From contig NZ_CP022339.1 of assembly GCF_003351905.1 (NCBI RefSeq), positions 360,001 through 392,000 on the forward strand: DNA of 32,000 nt. The letters are read 5' to 3'. The notes under the pieces are model-generated. The model was not told the DNA's origin. It searched no databases and was given only the letters and a program-made list of their open reading frames with translations. Source of the DNA: Candidatus Saccharimonadota bacterium (lineage in GTDB: Bacteria; Bacteroidota; Bacteroidia; Cytophagales; Amoebophilaceae). The translations under genes and the position numbers were made by a program. Positions 15,971 to 26,444 of the stretch are shown piece after piece (position 1 is the stretch's first letter; each line of letters opens with the position of its first letter).

Positions 15971-16045
15971 GGCGAGGTAGCTCAGGCGGTTTAGAGCGTC
16001 GGATTCATAACCCGAAGGTCGGGGGTTCAACTCCCCTCCTCGCTA
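15971..16045 (+). tRNA. tRNA with anticodon CAT (Met; initiator-like anticodon arm, elongator-like D arm; Ile2/lysidine identity not excluded)
   Basis: GGCGAGGTAGCTCAGGCGGTTTAGAGCGTCGGATTCATAACCCGAAGGTCGGGGGTTCAACTCCCCTCCTCGCTA. Cloverleaf with G1-T72 wobble, anticodon loop TTCATAA, T arm GGGGG-TTCAACT-CCCCT, discriminator A, CCA not encoded. Confidence 0.85.
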
Positions 16046-16075
16046 CATCTCTTATACATAGCTAGGCTTACTTAC

Positions 16076-16756
16076 ATGCGGCTTGATATCATCACCTGTT
16101 GTCCTAAGTGGTTTGAGGGTCCACTTAAACACTTTATCTTTCAAAGGGCTATCCAGCAACAACTCCTTACGATCCATATACACAATTTGCGTGATTATAC
16201 GCCATATAAGCATGGAAAAATCGATGATCAACCCTACGGTGGCGCTGCTGGTATGCTGTTAATGGTAGAACCCATTGCGAATTGTATTAGAACCCTGCAA
16301 CAAGCAAGAAGCTATGATGAGGTGATATATATGGCACCAGACGGTGAACCGCTGCATCAGGATCTTGTCAATAAATGTTCGCTCAAAACGCATTTAATAC
16401 TATTGTGTGGCCATTATAAAGGCATAGATGAACGCATACGGGAACATTTTATTACCCTAGAAATCAGTATTGGCGACTATGTGCTTTCCGGAGGGGAGTT
16501 GCCTGCATTGATCTTAGCGGACGCTATGGCTCGGGTTATACCGGGTGTGCTATCGGATGCGGATTCTGCACTGACCGACTCTTTTCAAGATGGCTTGGTA
16601 GCACCACCTGCCTATACACGACCTTACAATTTTGAAGGCAAAAAAGTGCCAGATGTGTTATGTTCTGGCAACCACCAAGCGATTCAGGAATGGATGCACC
16701 AAGAAACAATAGCTAGAACTAAAAAAAGAAGACCGCATCTCCTAGAAAATTTGTAA
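16076..16756 (+). CDS. trmD: tRNA (guanine37-N1)-methyltransferase TrmD
   Basis: MRLDIITCCPKWFEGPL... N-terminus; SPOUT knot motifs (LLCGHYKGIDERI, ISIGDYVLSGGELPALILADAMARVIPGVL); C-terminal domain with YTRP...VPDVLCSGNH. Confidence 0.95.
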   Translation: MRLDIITCCPKWFEGPLKHFIFQRAIQQQLLTIHIHNLRDYTPYKHGKIDDQPYGGAAGMLLMVEPIANCIRTLQQARSYDEVIYMAPDGEPLHQDLVNKCSLKTHLILLCGHYKGIDERIREHFITLEISIGDYVLSGGELPALILADAMARVIPGVLSDADSALTDSFQDGLVAPPAYTRPYNFEGKKVPDVLCSGNHQAIQEWMHQETIARTKKRRPHLLENL

Positions 16757-16877
16757 AAAACCTACATCAATAGCTGCTACTAAGGCTAATAGCGCATATT
16801 TCAATGCGGTCATTTTGCTTGTTTTAGCTGCATATGGATAGAAAGTAAGGTGAGCATGGTGTGGTGACCCTGGATAG

Positions 16878-16991
16878 CTGTAAAATGCCACTTTCTACAC
16901 CGCAACTTTTTACAGGGGCGTTGTTCTTTTAACGCAAAAAACCAGTTACTTGAACAGATACCTAATAAAAACCACTGCGCTGAACAGATAC
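16878..16991 (+). repeat. palindromic repeat element, copy C tail fragment (right arm plus duplicated terminal module)
   Basis: CTGTAAAATGCCACTTTCTACACCGCAACTTTTTACAGGGGCGTTGTTCTTTTAACGCAAAAAACC matches the right arm of copies A/B/D. The terminus TGAACAGATAC occurs twice (16951-16961 and 16981-16991). The left arm is missing. Confidence 0.7.
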
Positions 16992-17036
16992 GTGCATATA
17001 GCTATTGCGCAGCAACCTTTTTTGTCTCTAACTGAC

Positions 17037-17100
17037 GATACTGTTGAATAAAGCAATTTTATTTTTACTTTTTTCTTGATAAAAAAGTGGCTAAAAAACC
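17037..17100 (+). repeat. palindromic repeat element, head fragment (variant terminus plus AT hairpin only)
   Basis: GATACTGTTGA (a variant of GTATCTGTTCA) at 17037-17047, followed by ACTTTTTTCTTGATAAAAAAGT at 17067-17088 and GGCTAAAAAACC. Similarity to the family ends after this. Confidence 0.5.
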
Positions 17101-17221
17101 AACGACTGGAATAAATACCTTTTTCTAAGGCTTGCAAGTATGCAAACGCATACACTTTTTCTTTAAATTAGGCTATAAATTAAAAGTTTTAAACACCTAA
17201 CCAAAGCTTGGCTGGATTTAC

Positions 17222-17785
17222 ATGCTGTCCATGATGCTCACCACTATTCATAAACTTGATCAAGCATTGTTGCTTATGCTAAACAAAAGGCATCATCCGG
17301 TCATAGACCATTTTTTTACACTGATAACCGATACTGTTTTTTGGATACCGCTTTATATCTTTCTTCTATTTTTTCTTAGAAATGCATTGGGCTGGCATGG
17401 TGTGGTGCTTTTTATCTTAACCATTGTCCTCTCAGATCAATCTGCTGCTACATGGCTCAAACCCTTTTTTGCACGCTATAGACCTTGCTATGCTATTCCC
17501 CAGCTCCACCTTGTAGGCACACATCAAGGCCTATATGGTTTCCCATCTGCGCATGCCAGCAATACCTATGCCTTTGCAATGCTTTTTTGGCGGATTTTTA
17601 AAACTAAGTACAAGGGCAGTGGCTTATTTTTTATCTGGGCTACTATTGTTTCGTATGGTCGAATATATGGTGGGGTGCACTATCCACTAGATATTTGTGC
17701 AGGTGCCATGGTTGGGTGCTGTATAGGCCTGTTGATGGATCAACTCTATCCAAAAAGCAACCCACTCCATAGCAATAAAAATTAA
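17222..17785 (+). CDS. PAP2-family membrane phosphatase (undecaprenyl-diphosphate/phosphatidate phosphatase-like)
   Basis: Multi-TM 187-aa protein with the three PAP2 motifs: KPFFARYRP, PSAHAS, SYGRIYGGVHYPLD. Confidence 0.8.
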   Translation: MLSMMLTTIHKLDQALLLMLNKRHHPVIDHFFTLITDTVFWIPLYIFLLFFLRNALGWHGVVLFILTIVLSDQSAATWLKPFFARYRPCYAIPQLHLVGTHQGLYGFPSAHASNTYAFAMLFWRIFKTKYKGSGLFFIWATIVSYGRIYGGVHYPLDICAGAMVGCCIGLLMDQLYPKSNPLHSNKN

Positions 17786-17798
17786 CCGGTTAACCTCA

Positions 17799-18767
17799 TC
17801 ACTTAGACAGTATATCATCTGTTGCTACACTGGTACGCATTTGGGTATCTGCTTTGATATTTTGCATACGATAATGATCCATGACACCCAACTGGCCCTT
17901 TCTTAAAGCAAAAGCCAAAGCTTGTGGGACTTCTGCCTCAGCTAAAATAACTTGAGCCCTCGCTTCCTCAGATTTAGCCTTCATTTCTTGCTCTAAGGCT
18001 ACCGCCATAGCACGCTTCTCCTCTGCTTTAGCCTCGGCTACCCGTAAGTCTGCATTGGCTTGATCAATTTGGAGCTTAGCACCAATGTTGTCACCTACAT
18101 CGACATCGGCAATATCAATAGAAAGGATCTGGAAAGCAGTGCCAGCATCCAAGCCTCTATTCAATACCAACTGTGAAATGGTATCAGGATTGGCTAACAC
18201 TTCCTTGTGACTCGTAGAAGAACCAATCGAGGTAACAATCCCCTCCCCTACACGGGCCAAAATGGTTTCTTCGCCAGCACCCCCTACCAATTGTTGAATA
18301 TTGGCCCTAACTGTAACCCTTGCTTGGGCAATAAGTTGAATGCCATCCATGGCCACAGCCGCTACCGAGGGTGTATTGATGACTTTTGGATTAACAGAAA
18401 TTTGAACGGCCTCAAAGACATCTCTACCGGCTAAATCAATAGCCGTGGCCTGCTTAAACGAAAGGCTAATATTGGCTTTGTCTGCAGAAATAAGTGCTTT
18501 AATAACAGATGGCACATGACCACCAGCTAAATAATGGGTTTCAACCTCCATAAGAGTCAACTGAAGGCCAGCCTTAGTGGCTACGATAAGCCCATCTACA
18601 ATAACAGCAGGTGGCACTTTACGAATACGCATAAAAACGAGCTCAAATAGACCAACTTGCACGCCGGAAAAACGAGCCGTAATCCAAAGACCAACTGGAA
18701 AAAAATAAAAAAATATAAAGCCCCCAGCGATAAGAAAAAGATACAAATAGAGTTGTGAAACGGCCAT
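17799..18767 (-). CDS. floA: flotillin-like SPFH protein FloA (UPF0365/YqfA family)
   Basis: From [16 protein letters not shown]... the protein is collinear with remembered B. subtilis FloA ([103 protein letters not shown]). I chose ATG 18767; the track start 18899 adds 44 non-homologous codons. Confidence 0.9.
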   Translation of the reverse strand: MAVSQLYLYLFLIAGGFIFFYFFPVGLWITARFSGVQVGLFELVFMRIRKVPPAVIVDGLIVATKAGLQLTLMEVETHYLAGGHVPSVIKALISADKANISLSFKQATAIDLAGRDVFEAVQISVNPKVINTPSVAAVAMDGIQLIAQARVTVRANIQQLVGGAGEETILARVGEGIVTSIGSSTSHKEVLANPDTISQLVLNRGLDAGTAFQILSIDIADVDVGDNIGAKLQIDQANADLRVAEAKAEEKRAMAVALEQEMKAKSEEARAQVILAEAEVPQALAFALRKGQLGVMDHYRMQNIKADTQMRTSVATDDILSK

Positions 18768-18920
18768 AATGCTAGAATGAAAATGCCAAATAAATACCAA
18801 CCACTTACAACTAACGTAGATGAAGCTGGGCCTACACAGATGGCATAGGCAGCTTGAATCTACTATTTTGTCATGAATGATCAAAATGTTGAACCACAAT
18901 TATGCATAGACATGCTACCT

Positions 18921-18939
18921 TACATCTATACTAGATGTA
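18921..18939. promoter_or_regulatory. 19-bp palindrome in the floA/nrdB divergent spacer (candidate operator, regulator unknown)
   Basis: TACATCTA-TAC-TAGATGTA has perfect 8-bp arms. It lies 190 nt upstream of the nrdB start and 154 nt upstream of the floA start. Confidence 0.25.
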
Positions 18940-19128
18940 GGTGCAGCATAGTACACCGGATCAGATCCCACCCATCGATGTGTAAATGACCCGCAGCAGT
19001 AGGGTTTTGAAAGCATCCTATTGAACCTTTGGCTGCATTTACCTAAGTTTGTTATACACATCAATTAATCGCCTTATGATGGCCTTGCATTACATGCCAT
19101 TTACCAAACGTGTAAAACCAAAAAGCAG

Positions 19129-20118
19129 ATGAACAACCATACCGATGAACCTCTTTTGCAAGAGAATAAAAATAGATTTGTTTTATTTCCTATTGAGCAC
19201 CACGACATCTGGAGCTTTTACAAACAAGCAGAGGCTAGTTTTTGGACCGCAGAAGAAATCGACTTAAGCCAGGATATAAAAGATTGGGAAAACTTAACGG
19301 CTGGTGAAAAGCACTTTATTACCCATGTGCTTGCTTTTTTTGCCGCTAGCGATGGGATTGTGAATGAAAATTTGGTTCAAAACTTTGCCAATGAAGTACA
19401 ATATACAGAGGCCAAGTTTTTTTATGGATTCCAGATTGCTATTGAAAACATCCATTCTGAAGCCTATTCTTTACTGATCGATACCTATGTAAAAGATCCT
19501 CAAGAACGCCATAGGTTATTTAACGCCATTGAAACCATTGAGTGGGTGGGCAAAAAAGCAGATTGGGCCCTACGCTGGATCAGCAAAGGTTCCTTTGCAG
19601 AACGCTTAATTGCTTTTGCAGCAGTAGAGGGGATTTTCTTTTCTGGTAGCTTCTGTGCGATCTTCTGGCTTAAAAAAAGAGGCTTAATGCCAGGACTCAC
19701 CTTTTCTAACGAACTCATTTCCAGAGACGAAGGGCTGCACTGTGATTTTGCCTGTTTGCTCTACAACCAACATATCAAAAACAAACTCCCAGAGGAACGG
19801 GTGACGCAAATCATAACGGATGCAGTAGCAATTGAAAGTGAATTTGTATCTGATGCATTACCGGTTAAATTGATTGGTATGAATGCAGCACTGATGACCC
19901 AATATATTCAGTTTGTGGCCGATAGGTTGCTATTAGAGCTAGGATGCAAAAAAGTCTATCAGGTTACCAATCCATTTGATTTTATGGAAATGATTGCCTT
20001 ACAAGGAAAAACTAATTTCTTTGAAAAACGAGTAGGTGAATACCAAAAATCAGGGGTGATGAGCAGCATCTCTGAGGATAAAGACAAAGCACGGTTTAAG
20101 CTGGATGAGGAGTTTTAA
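19129..20118 (+). CDS. nrdB: class Ia ribonucleotide reductase small subunit (R2, eukaryote-like type)
   Basis: Ferritin-like di-iron R2 signatures: [82 protein letters not shown]. Acidic C-terminal tail ...KLDEEF. Confidence 0.95.
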   Translation: MNNHTDEPLLQENKNRFVLFPIEHHDIWSFYKQAEASFWTAEEIDLSQDIKDWENLTAGEKHFITHVLAFFAASDGIVNENLVQNFANEVQYTEAKFFYGFQIAIENIHSEAYSLLIDTYVKDPQERHRLFNAIETIEWVGKKADWALRWISKGSFAERLIAFAAVEGIFFSGSFCAIFWLKKRGLMPGLTFSNELISRDEGLHCDFACLLYNQHIKNKLPEERVTQIITDAVAIESEFVSDALPVKLIGMNAALMTQYIQFVADRLLLELGCKKVYQVTNPFDFMEMIALQGKTNFFEKRVGEYQKSGVMSSISEDKDKARFKLDEEF

Positions 20119-20158
20119 AAAACAAAAAATTAAACGCCACCCCGTAGGCTAAGCTAAG

Positions 20159-20749
20159 ATGCATGCAATCAAAAACTTGTCAAAAGTTCCTAAGTCAGTA
20201 GTGCTAAATGCAGACTTAATGATTAAACAATTAGATAAGTCGCATGAAGCAGCACTTTTCTCCTTAATAGATCAAAATAGATCATACTTGAAAAAATGGC
20301 TGCCTTGGTGGGTGGGTGCATGCACAAGACAAAGTGATGCGCTACATTTTATCACTAGCGCCAAGGATACCCTTGAAAAGGGTACCAAACTTATATTTGG
20401 TATATTTTACAAAGGAGAAATGTCTGGAATAATAAATTTTAATAAAATTGATGCATCCAATGACCAATTGGCAATTGGTTATTGGATAGGGGAAAGATTT
20501 CAAGGCTTAGGCCTAGTGATAGCTGCTTGTTCCAAGCTTATTGAAATTGGATTTCAGACATTAGACTTAAAGGTTATTGCTATTAGATGTGCAGTGGAAA
20601 ATATTCGGAGTCAAAAGATACCTACTCGCTTAGGTTTTAAAAAACCTGATATGGTATTAAAAAAAGAAAATGTGCACGGAACGCATATGGATATTGTTGT
20701 ATATACCATTCAGAAGGATCAATGGCTCAACCAGAAAGTTAAAGCGTAA
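20159..20749 (+). CDS. GNAT N-acetyltransferase, RimJ/RimL-like
   Basis: 196 aa with a GNAT core (IGYWIGERFQGLGLVIAACSKLIEIGF...LKVIAIRCAVENIRSQKIPTRLGFK). It sits between nrdB and nrdA. Confidence 0.75.
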   Translation: MHAIKNLSKVPKSVVLNADLMIKQLDKSHEAALFSLIDQNRSYLKKWLPWWVGACTRQSDALHFITSAKDTLEKGTKLIFGIFYKGEMSGIINFNKIDASNDQLAIGYWIGERFQGLGLVIAACSKLIEIGFQTLDLKVIAIRCAVENIRSQKIPTRLGFKKPDMVLKKENVHGTHMDIVVYTIQKDQWLNQKVKA

Positions 20750-20832
20750 GCATGGCTTCCATTTGCTCAACAGCTATCTGATTTTAGAAAGCTAGTATGA
20801 AGCATAAGGTTGGGTTAGGTATAGCAAAACCG

Positions 20833-20862
20833 TTAGCTTTGTACTGCTTAGCTTTGTACTGC
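20833..20862. repeat. 15-bp perfect tandem duplication in the GNAT-nrdA spacer
   Basis: TTAGCTTTGTACTGC occurs twice (20833-20847 and 20848-20862), followed by a partial TTTAGG. Confidence 0.85.
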
Positions 20863-20952
20863 TTTAGGTGCTAGTGAGCAGTTAAGTAGTAATAACCTTA
20901 GCATCGCATCATATATCATACCCATTAATAGTTACAAATTTATAAAAAGTAG

Positions 20953-23283
20953 ATGTTAGTTATAAAACGAGATGGACGCTTAGAATCAGTTAAATTCGAT
21001 AAAATAACCGCTAGGATAGACAAGCTCTGTTATGGGCTAAATAGAGATTATATTGATACCATAGCTATTGTTAAAAAAATTATTGAAGGCATTTATGATC
21101 AGGTCACCACTTCAGCGATAGATAACCTGGCGGCAGAAACGGTAGCAACAATGGCTGTATACCATCCAGATTATGCCATTCTAGCGGCGCGTATAGCTAT
21201 TTCTAATCTACATAAAGAAACGAGTAAATCTTTTTCTAGCACAATAAAAAGGCTCTATACCTATGTCAATCCTTCGACTGGGCAGCACGCTGCCCTTATC
21301 GCCCCTGACGTTTATAAAATTATTGCCAGCCATGCTGCAACTTTAGACAATTCCATTGTACATGAACGTGATTTTACCTATGATTTTTTTGGTTTTAAAA
21401 CATTGGAGCGTTCTTATCTGCTTAAAATAAATGGCAAAGTTGTGGAACGTCCGCAGTATATGTTGATGCGTGTAGCAGTAGGCATTCATGGTGATGACCT
21501 AGACGCTGTGCTTGAAACCTATCAACTCATGTCTGAAAAGTGGTTTACCCATGCCACACCTACGCTTTTTAATGCAGGCACACCCAACCCACAGCTTTCT
21601 TCCTGCTTTTTATTAACGATGCAAAGTGACAGCATTGAAGGTATTTACAACACCCTTACACAATGTGCCAAGATATCTCAATTTGCTGGCGGCATTGGAT
21701 TAAGCATTCATAATATACGTGCTACAGGCTCTTATATTCGAGGGACCAATGGGATTTCTAATGGGATTGTCCCCATGTTGCGAAACTTTGATATGACGGC
21801 GCGCTATGTAGATCAAGGAGGAGGCAAACGAAAAGGTAGTTTTGCCATCTATCTGGAGCCTTGGCATGCAGATATCTTTGACTTTCTAGAGTTGAAGAAA
21901 AACCACGGCAAAGAAGAAAGAAGGGCCCGGGACCTGTTCTATGGGCTATGGATTCCAGATTTATTTATGCAACGTGTAGAAGCAGATGAGAGGTGGTCTC
22001 TCTTTTGCCCCAACGAAGCACCAGGGCTCTCGGACTCCTATGGCACGGCATTCGAGCAAAAATACAAACAGTACGAAAAAGAAGGAAAGGCACGTGCCTC
22101 TATCAAAGCACAAACACTTTGGTTTGCTATTCTGGAGTCTCAAATAGAAACCGGAACTCCTTATATGCTCTATAAGGATGCAGCCAACGAAAAGTCTAAT
22201 CAAAAAAACTTGGGTACTATAAAGTCTAGTAACCTATGTACAGAGATTATGGAATATACTGCACCAGATGAAATTGCGGTTTGTAACCTTGCCTCTATTG
22301 CGCTACCGATGTATGTAGATGCCAATCGATCTTTCGATCATACCAAATTATATAGGGTTACCTACCTGGTCACCAAAAATCTTAACAAGATCATCGACCG
22401 TAACTATTATCCTTTAGCGGAAGCACGTACCTCTAACTTAAGACACAGGCCGATTGGTATTGGGGTACAGGGATTAGCAGATGTTTTCCTAAAAATGAAA
22501 CTTGTTTTTGACAGTCCAGAAGCACGGCTGCTCAACCAAGAAATTTTTGAGACCATCTATTTTGCTGCATTAACGGCTTCTAAAGATTTGGCACAAAAAG
22601 AGGGAGTATATGCAAGCTACGCTGGTTCACCCATTTCGCAAGGCATCTTACAATTTGACATGTGGGGCGTAGCGCCTGCCTCTGGCAGATGGGATTGGGA
22701 TCATTTACGTAAGGAAATAGGCGCGCATGGCATCAGGAATTCCCTATTGGTGGCACCCATGCCAACCGCCTCTACTTCTCAAATACTGGTTAATAACGAA
22801 TGTTTTGAACCCTATACCGCCAATATTTACACCCGCAGGGTGCTTTCTGGCGAGTTTATTGTGGTCAACAAATACCTATTGGAGGACCTCATCGCACTTG
22901 GCCTTTGGAATGAGCAGGTGAAAGAAGAGTTGATGATGGGCAATGGCTCCATTCAACAGATTGCCTGTATTCCGCAATACATTAAAAACCTATATAGAAC
23001 GGTTTGGGAAATTCCTCAAAAGTCTATTATCGATATGGCGGCAGATCGCGCACCTTATATTTGTCAAAGCCAAAGCCTCAATCTCTATGTGCAAGATGCA
23101 ACTATGGCTAAATTAACCTCTATGCATTTTTATGCTTGGAAAAAGGGGCTGAAAACAGGGATGTATTACTTACGTACCAAAGCAGCAGCAGATGCTATTA
23201 AATTTACCATACAAAAGAAAGAAAAAACAGCCCCCCCCTTACCGAATGAAGGGGAAAAAGAATGTTTAATGTGCAGTGGCTAA
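20953..23283 (+). CDS. nrdA: class Ia ribonucleotide reductase large subunit (R1, eukaryote-like type)
   Basis: N-terminal ATP-cone ([20 protein letters not shown]), catalytic regions ([23 protein letters not shown]), and a C-terminal redox-shuttle pair CLMCSG. Confidence 0.95.
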   Translation: MLVIKRDGRLESVKFDKITARIDKLCYGLNRDYIDTIAIVKKIIEGIYDQVTTSAIDNLAAETVATMAVYHPDYAILAARIAISNLHKETSKSFSSTIKRLYTYVNPSTGQHAALIAPDVYKIIASHAATLDNSIVHERDFTYDFFGFKTLERSYLLKINGKVVERPQYMLMRVAVGIHGDDLDAVLETYQLMSEKWFTHATPTLFNAGTPNPQLSSCFLLTMQSDSIEGIYNTLTQCAKISQFAGGIGLSIHNIRATGSYIRGTNGISNGIVPMLRNFDMTARYVDQGGGKRKGSFAIYLEPWHADIFDFLELKKNHGKEERRARDLFYGLWIPDLFMQRVEADERWSLFCPNEAPGLSDSYGTAFEQKYKQYEKEGKARASIKAQTLWFAILESQIETGTPYMLYKDAANEKSNQKNLGTIKSSNLCTEIMEYTAPDEIAVCNLASIALPMYVDANRSFDHTKLYRVTYLVTKNLNKIIDRNYYPLAEARTSNLRHRPIGIGVQGLADVFLKMKLVFDSPEARLLNQEIFETIYFAALTASKDLAQKEGVYASYAGSPISQGILQFDMWGVAPASGRWDWDHLRKEIGAHGIRNSLLVAPMPTASTSQILVNNECFEPYTANIYTRRVLSGEFIVVNKYLLEDLIALGLWNEQVKEELMMGNGSIQQIACIPQYIKNLYRTVWEIPQKSIIDMAADRAPYICQSQSLNLYVQDATMAKLTSMHFYAWKKGLKTGMYYLRTKAAADAIKFTIQKKEKTAPPLPNEGEKECLMCSG

Positions 23284-23337
23284 GCAACTTAATTGTATAT
23301 TAATTTTTGACTTTTTAATCAAAACGGATGCTCATTT

Positions 23338-23916
23338 ATGTTTAATATTATTCTAGTGGGCCCTCCTGGGTCTGGAAAAGGCACACAAGCTAAACGAATG
23401 ATTCAAAAATATGGCTTTATACCCATTGCTTTGGGGGCCTTGCTGCGCCAACAAATGGCAGAAAATGGGGCGAATAAAAGGCTCATTGAGCCATACATCA
23501 ATAGTGGGCAATTGGTACCAGATCACCTCTCTTTTGAATTGGTCAAACAACTGGTGCAAGCACAACCTGCCGATACATCTTTTTTATTTGATGGTTTCCC
23601 TAGAACCCTAGCACAGGTCTCCTTCTTAACGCATTTTTTAAAACCATGCAATGCGCAAATAGATGGTGTAATCTTGCTAGATGTGCCCCAAGAGGTCTTA
23701 TTAAAACGGCTTAAAAATCGCGCTACCATTGAGTCAAGAGCTGATGACCAGGATGACAACAAGATTAGAACACGTATGCAGATATACGAACAGGAGACGT
23801 TACCTATGGTCAACCATTATAAATCCGAAGGGAAGCTATATAGTGTAGATGGCACACAAGATGTAGATGCGGTAACCCAGTCTATTGAAACCATTATGGA
23901 TAGACTCAGACCTTAA
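23338..23916 (+). CDS. adk: adenylate kinase
   Basis: P-loop GPPGSGKGTQ, an NMP-binding region (GALLRQ...G.LVPD), FLFDGFPRT, and a short LID (RADDQDD). Confidence 0.95.
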   Translation: MFNIILVGPPGSGKGTQAKRMIQKYGFIPIALGALLRQQMAENGANKRLIEPYINSGQLVPDHLSFELVKQLVQAQPADTSFLFDGFPRTLAQVSFLTHFLKPCNAQIDGVILLDVPQEVLLKRLKNRATIESRADDQDDNKIRTRMQIYEQETLPMVNHYKSEGKLYSVDGTQDVDAVTQSIETIMDRLRP

Positions 23917-23921
23917 CGACC

Positions 23922-24908
23922 ATGTCATTACCCAACTTTATTGATCACGTTAAGCTTTACCTACGCGCTGGTAAAGGGGGAGCCGGATTAGTCCATTTCA
24001 TGCGTGCCAAGTTTGTGCCCAAAGGCGGGCCAGATGGAGGGGACGGTGGTAGAGGCGGCCATATCATTTTACGTGGTGCCAAACAACGTAATACGTTGCT
24101 CCAACTTAAATACCGAAAACATATCCTTGCAACCAATGGGGAACCGGGTGGTGATAGCTGCAAAACAGGTGCAAGCGGGAAAGATGTGCTCATAGATGTA
24201 CCATTGGGCACAGTAGCCAAAAGAGTAGATGATGACCAGGTACTGGTAGAGGTATTAGAGGACAAAAAAAAATATATCTTAATGCAGGGGGGAAAAGGAG
24301 GTTGGGGCAATGCCCATTTTAAAACCCCTACCCATCAAACACCCCGCATCGCTTATCCAGGTGAAACGGGCATGGAAGGCTGGATGGTATTGGAATTGAA
24401 ATTATTAGCGGACGTAGGCCTTGTAGGGCTACCAAATGCAGGCAAATCTACATTGCTTTCAGTTGTATCAGCGGCTAAACCACGCATTGATAGTTATCCG
24501 TTTACCACTTTAGTACCCAACCTTGGTGTAGTAGCCTACCGGGCAGACCATTCTTTTGTAATGGCAGATATTCCAGGGATTATAGAGGGTGCAGCGGCTG
24601 GAAAGGGCTTAGGGACACGGTTCCTACGCCATATTGAACGGAATGCCATTTTATTATTTATGGTTAGCGCAGAATCCAATGATATCCATAAAAGCTATGA
24701 AATGTTACTGAGCGAATTGGAAGCACATAATCCCTCATTGCTAGCCAAACCCAGGTTGCTGGTTGTGTCAAAAATAGACTTGCTAGACCAAACAACACGT
24801 AAAACCTTACACTTACCTCCAGACATAACCTGTTGCCCTATCTCTGCCCATACGGGAGAAGGTATTGTACGCCTTAAAGACCTTATCTGGGAAAAACTTT
24901 CTGTCTAA
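23922..24908 (+). CDS. obg: GTPase Obg/CgtA
   Basis: Obg-fold N-domain with glycine-rich repeats (GGAG, GGPDGGDGGRGG, GGKGGWGN). G domain motifs G1 GLPNAGKST, G3 DIPG, G4 SKID. Confidence 0.95.
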   Translation: MSLPNFIDHVKLYLRAGKGGAGLVHFMRAKFVPKGGPDGGDGGRGGHIILRGAKQRNTLLQLKYRKHILATNGEPGGDSCKTGASGKDVLIDVPLGTVAKRVDDDQVLVEVLEDKKKYILMQGGKGGWGNAHFKTPTHQTPRIAYPGETGMEGWMVLELKLLADVGLVGLPNAGKSTLLSVVSAAKPRIDSYPFTTLVPNLGVVAYRADHSFVMADIPGIIEGAAAGKGLGTRFLRHIERNAILLFMVSAESNDIHKSYEMLLSELEAHNPSLLAKPRLLVVSKIDLLDQTTRKTLHLPPDITCCPISAHTGEGIVRLKDLIWEKLSV

Positions 24909-26402
24909 GTGGTTACCATGCACAATACGGTTAAAACACTTGGTAAAGAAACCATTATATATAGCATCAGCAACATTATTATACGCGGATGTGGTTATTT
25001 GGCTTTGTTGCTGCAAACCAATATACTACCGCCTAGCGCCTATAGTATAGTTATAGAGTTCTATGGGAGTTACATTGCTTTGGGTCATGTGCTTTACGAC
25101 TTGGCCATGGATATGACCTATTTTAGATTCGTACATAGATTAGGCAAACAACATACTTTCAATATAATTGTAACTATATTACTGGTTTCCAGCCTTATTT
25201 TTTCAATATTACTCATCCTATACACACCACAAATCGCAAAGCTCACCAACCACCTAGCTCATATGCGTTATTTCTATTATATGGCTGGGATTCTTATGCT
25301 GGATACGTTATTGATGATTCCCTACGCGAACCTACGTGTAGAAAAAAAGACCCTTTGGTTTCTGTTGGTGAAAGCTGTACAAGCTTGTGCGGGCATTATT
25401 TTTTCTTTTATTTTATTGTATTGTCCGGTAGCCTTAAGATGTATAGCCTATGGCATGTATCATTATTTGCATCTACCTGTACATTTGAATGGGATAGATG
25501 CTGTTTTTATAGCTACTATATTGTCTAATATAACCGCTTTGGCCTTTCTACTACCCAATTTTAAAGGCTTTCATTTGGTTTGGAACAAGCGTACGATGCA
25601 AACGATAGGCGGTTATGCAGCCACTTCTTTTTGCACCATGCTATTTGTCAGACTTAATGAGACCTTACCGCTATTATTGTTTCGCAAATTGGTTCCGAAT
25701 AACTTTTATAGCGCCCATACAAAGGAAGAAATATTAGCTAATTTTGGCACTGCCTGTAAGCTAACGGTGTGTATTACACTAGGCATCCAAGCCTTTAAAC
25801 ATGCTGCAGAACCATTCTTTTTTGCCCACTTAGGGCGCAAGGAGGCACTAAAGTTATACCGCCAAACGATGCATTTATTTATACTAACGTCCTGCTTTTG
25901 CCTATTGTTGTTTAGTGTAAACATAGATTGGGTAGCAAAAATTCTGATTCCGAATCCAAGATACCGGCATACCATTGACGCCGTCCCTTATTTAGCATTT
26001 GCACATATTATCTTAGGTGTCTATTACAACCTGAGTGCTGCTTTTAAATTAAGTAATCATCCACGATATAATACTTGGATCAGTGCATTGGGCAGCCTAG
26101 TGATCGGGTGCACGGCACTGCTATTGATACCGAAACTGGGTCATTGGGGTTGTGTCTACGCCTCTATAAGTGGTGCAGCCACTATGGGGCTACTGGGGTA
26201 TTATACGGGTCAAAAGTGTTATCCAATACCTTACCATAAGGGTAGTTTTTTACTTCTTTTGGGTTGCTTTTTAGCATTGCATCCCATTGTTTTATGGCGC
26301 AATACACTCACTTTTTTAGGAGCAGGATGGAGCTATGCACTCCTACATACTATCATTTTAGTCACTTTTTATAGGATAGCCATTAGATGGAAAAAGGTGT
26401 GA
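24909..26402 (+). CDS. polysaccharide/oligosaccharide flippase-like polytopic membrane protein (Wzx/MOP superfamily)
   Basis: 497 aa and highly hydrophobic, with roughly 12-14 predicted TM segments. The family call comes from architecture and composition only. The start is GTG 24909 abutting the obg stop, or ATG 24918. Confidence 0.55.
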   Translation: MVTMHNTVKTLGKETIIYSISNIIIRGCGYLALLLQTNILPPSAYSIVIEFYGSYIALGHVLYDLAMDMTYFRFVHRLGKQHTFNIIVTILLVSSLIFSILLILYTPQIAKLTNHLAHMRYFYYMAGILMLDTLLMIPYANLRVEKKTLWFLLVKAVQACAGIIFSFILLYCPVALRCIAYGMYHYLHLPVHLNGIDAVFIATILSNITALAFLLPNFKGFHLVWNKRTMQTIGGYAATSFCTMLFVRLNETLPLLLFRKLVPNNFYSAHTKEEILANFGTACKLTVCITLGIQAFKHAAEPFFFAHLGRKEALKLYRQTMHLFILTSCFCLLLFSVNIDWVAKILIPNPRYRHTIDAVPYLAFAHIILGVYYNLSAAFKLSNHPRYNTWISALGSLVIGCTALLLIPKLGHWGCVYASISGAATMGLLGYYTGQKCYPIPYHKGSFLLLLGCFLALHPIVLWRNTLTFLGAGWSYALLHTIILVTFYRIAIRWKKV

Positions 26403-26444
26403 AGCTTCAACAGAAGTGAGACATTTTCATTTTCCATTTTAGGT

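Noticed and set aside
17782-17793. The 12-bp palindrome TTAACCGGTTAA between the PAP2 and floA stops as a functional site
   Set aside because: It is short, includes the PAP2 stop codon, contains common restriction-type palindromes (HpaI-like/AgeI-like cores), and cannot form a stable hairpin. It is probably fortuitous in a 13-bp convergent spacer.
18768-18899. The 44-codon N-terminal extension of the floA ORF (track start 18899)
   Set aside because: FloA homology starts exactly at MAVSQLYLY (ATG 18767). The extension ([22 protein letters not shown]...) is Cys/Phe/Ile-rich and resembles nothing I recognise. It most likely is untranslated leader.
18921-18939. Interpreting the 19-bp palindrome upstream of nrdB specifically as an NrdR box
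   Set aside because: The half-sites TACATCTA/TAGATGTA, with a 3-nt spacer, give a 19-bp site rather than the 16-bp acaCwAtATaTwGtgt consensus. Only one copy is present, whereas NrdR boxes normally come in phased pairs. It is kept only as a generic candidate operator.
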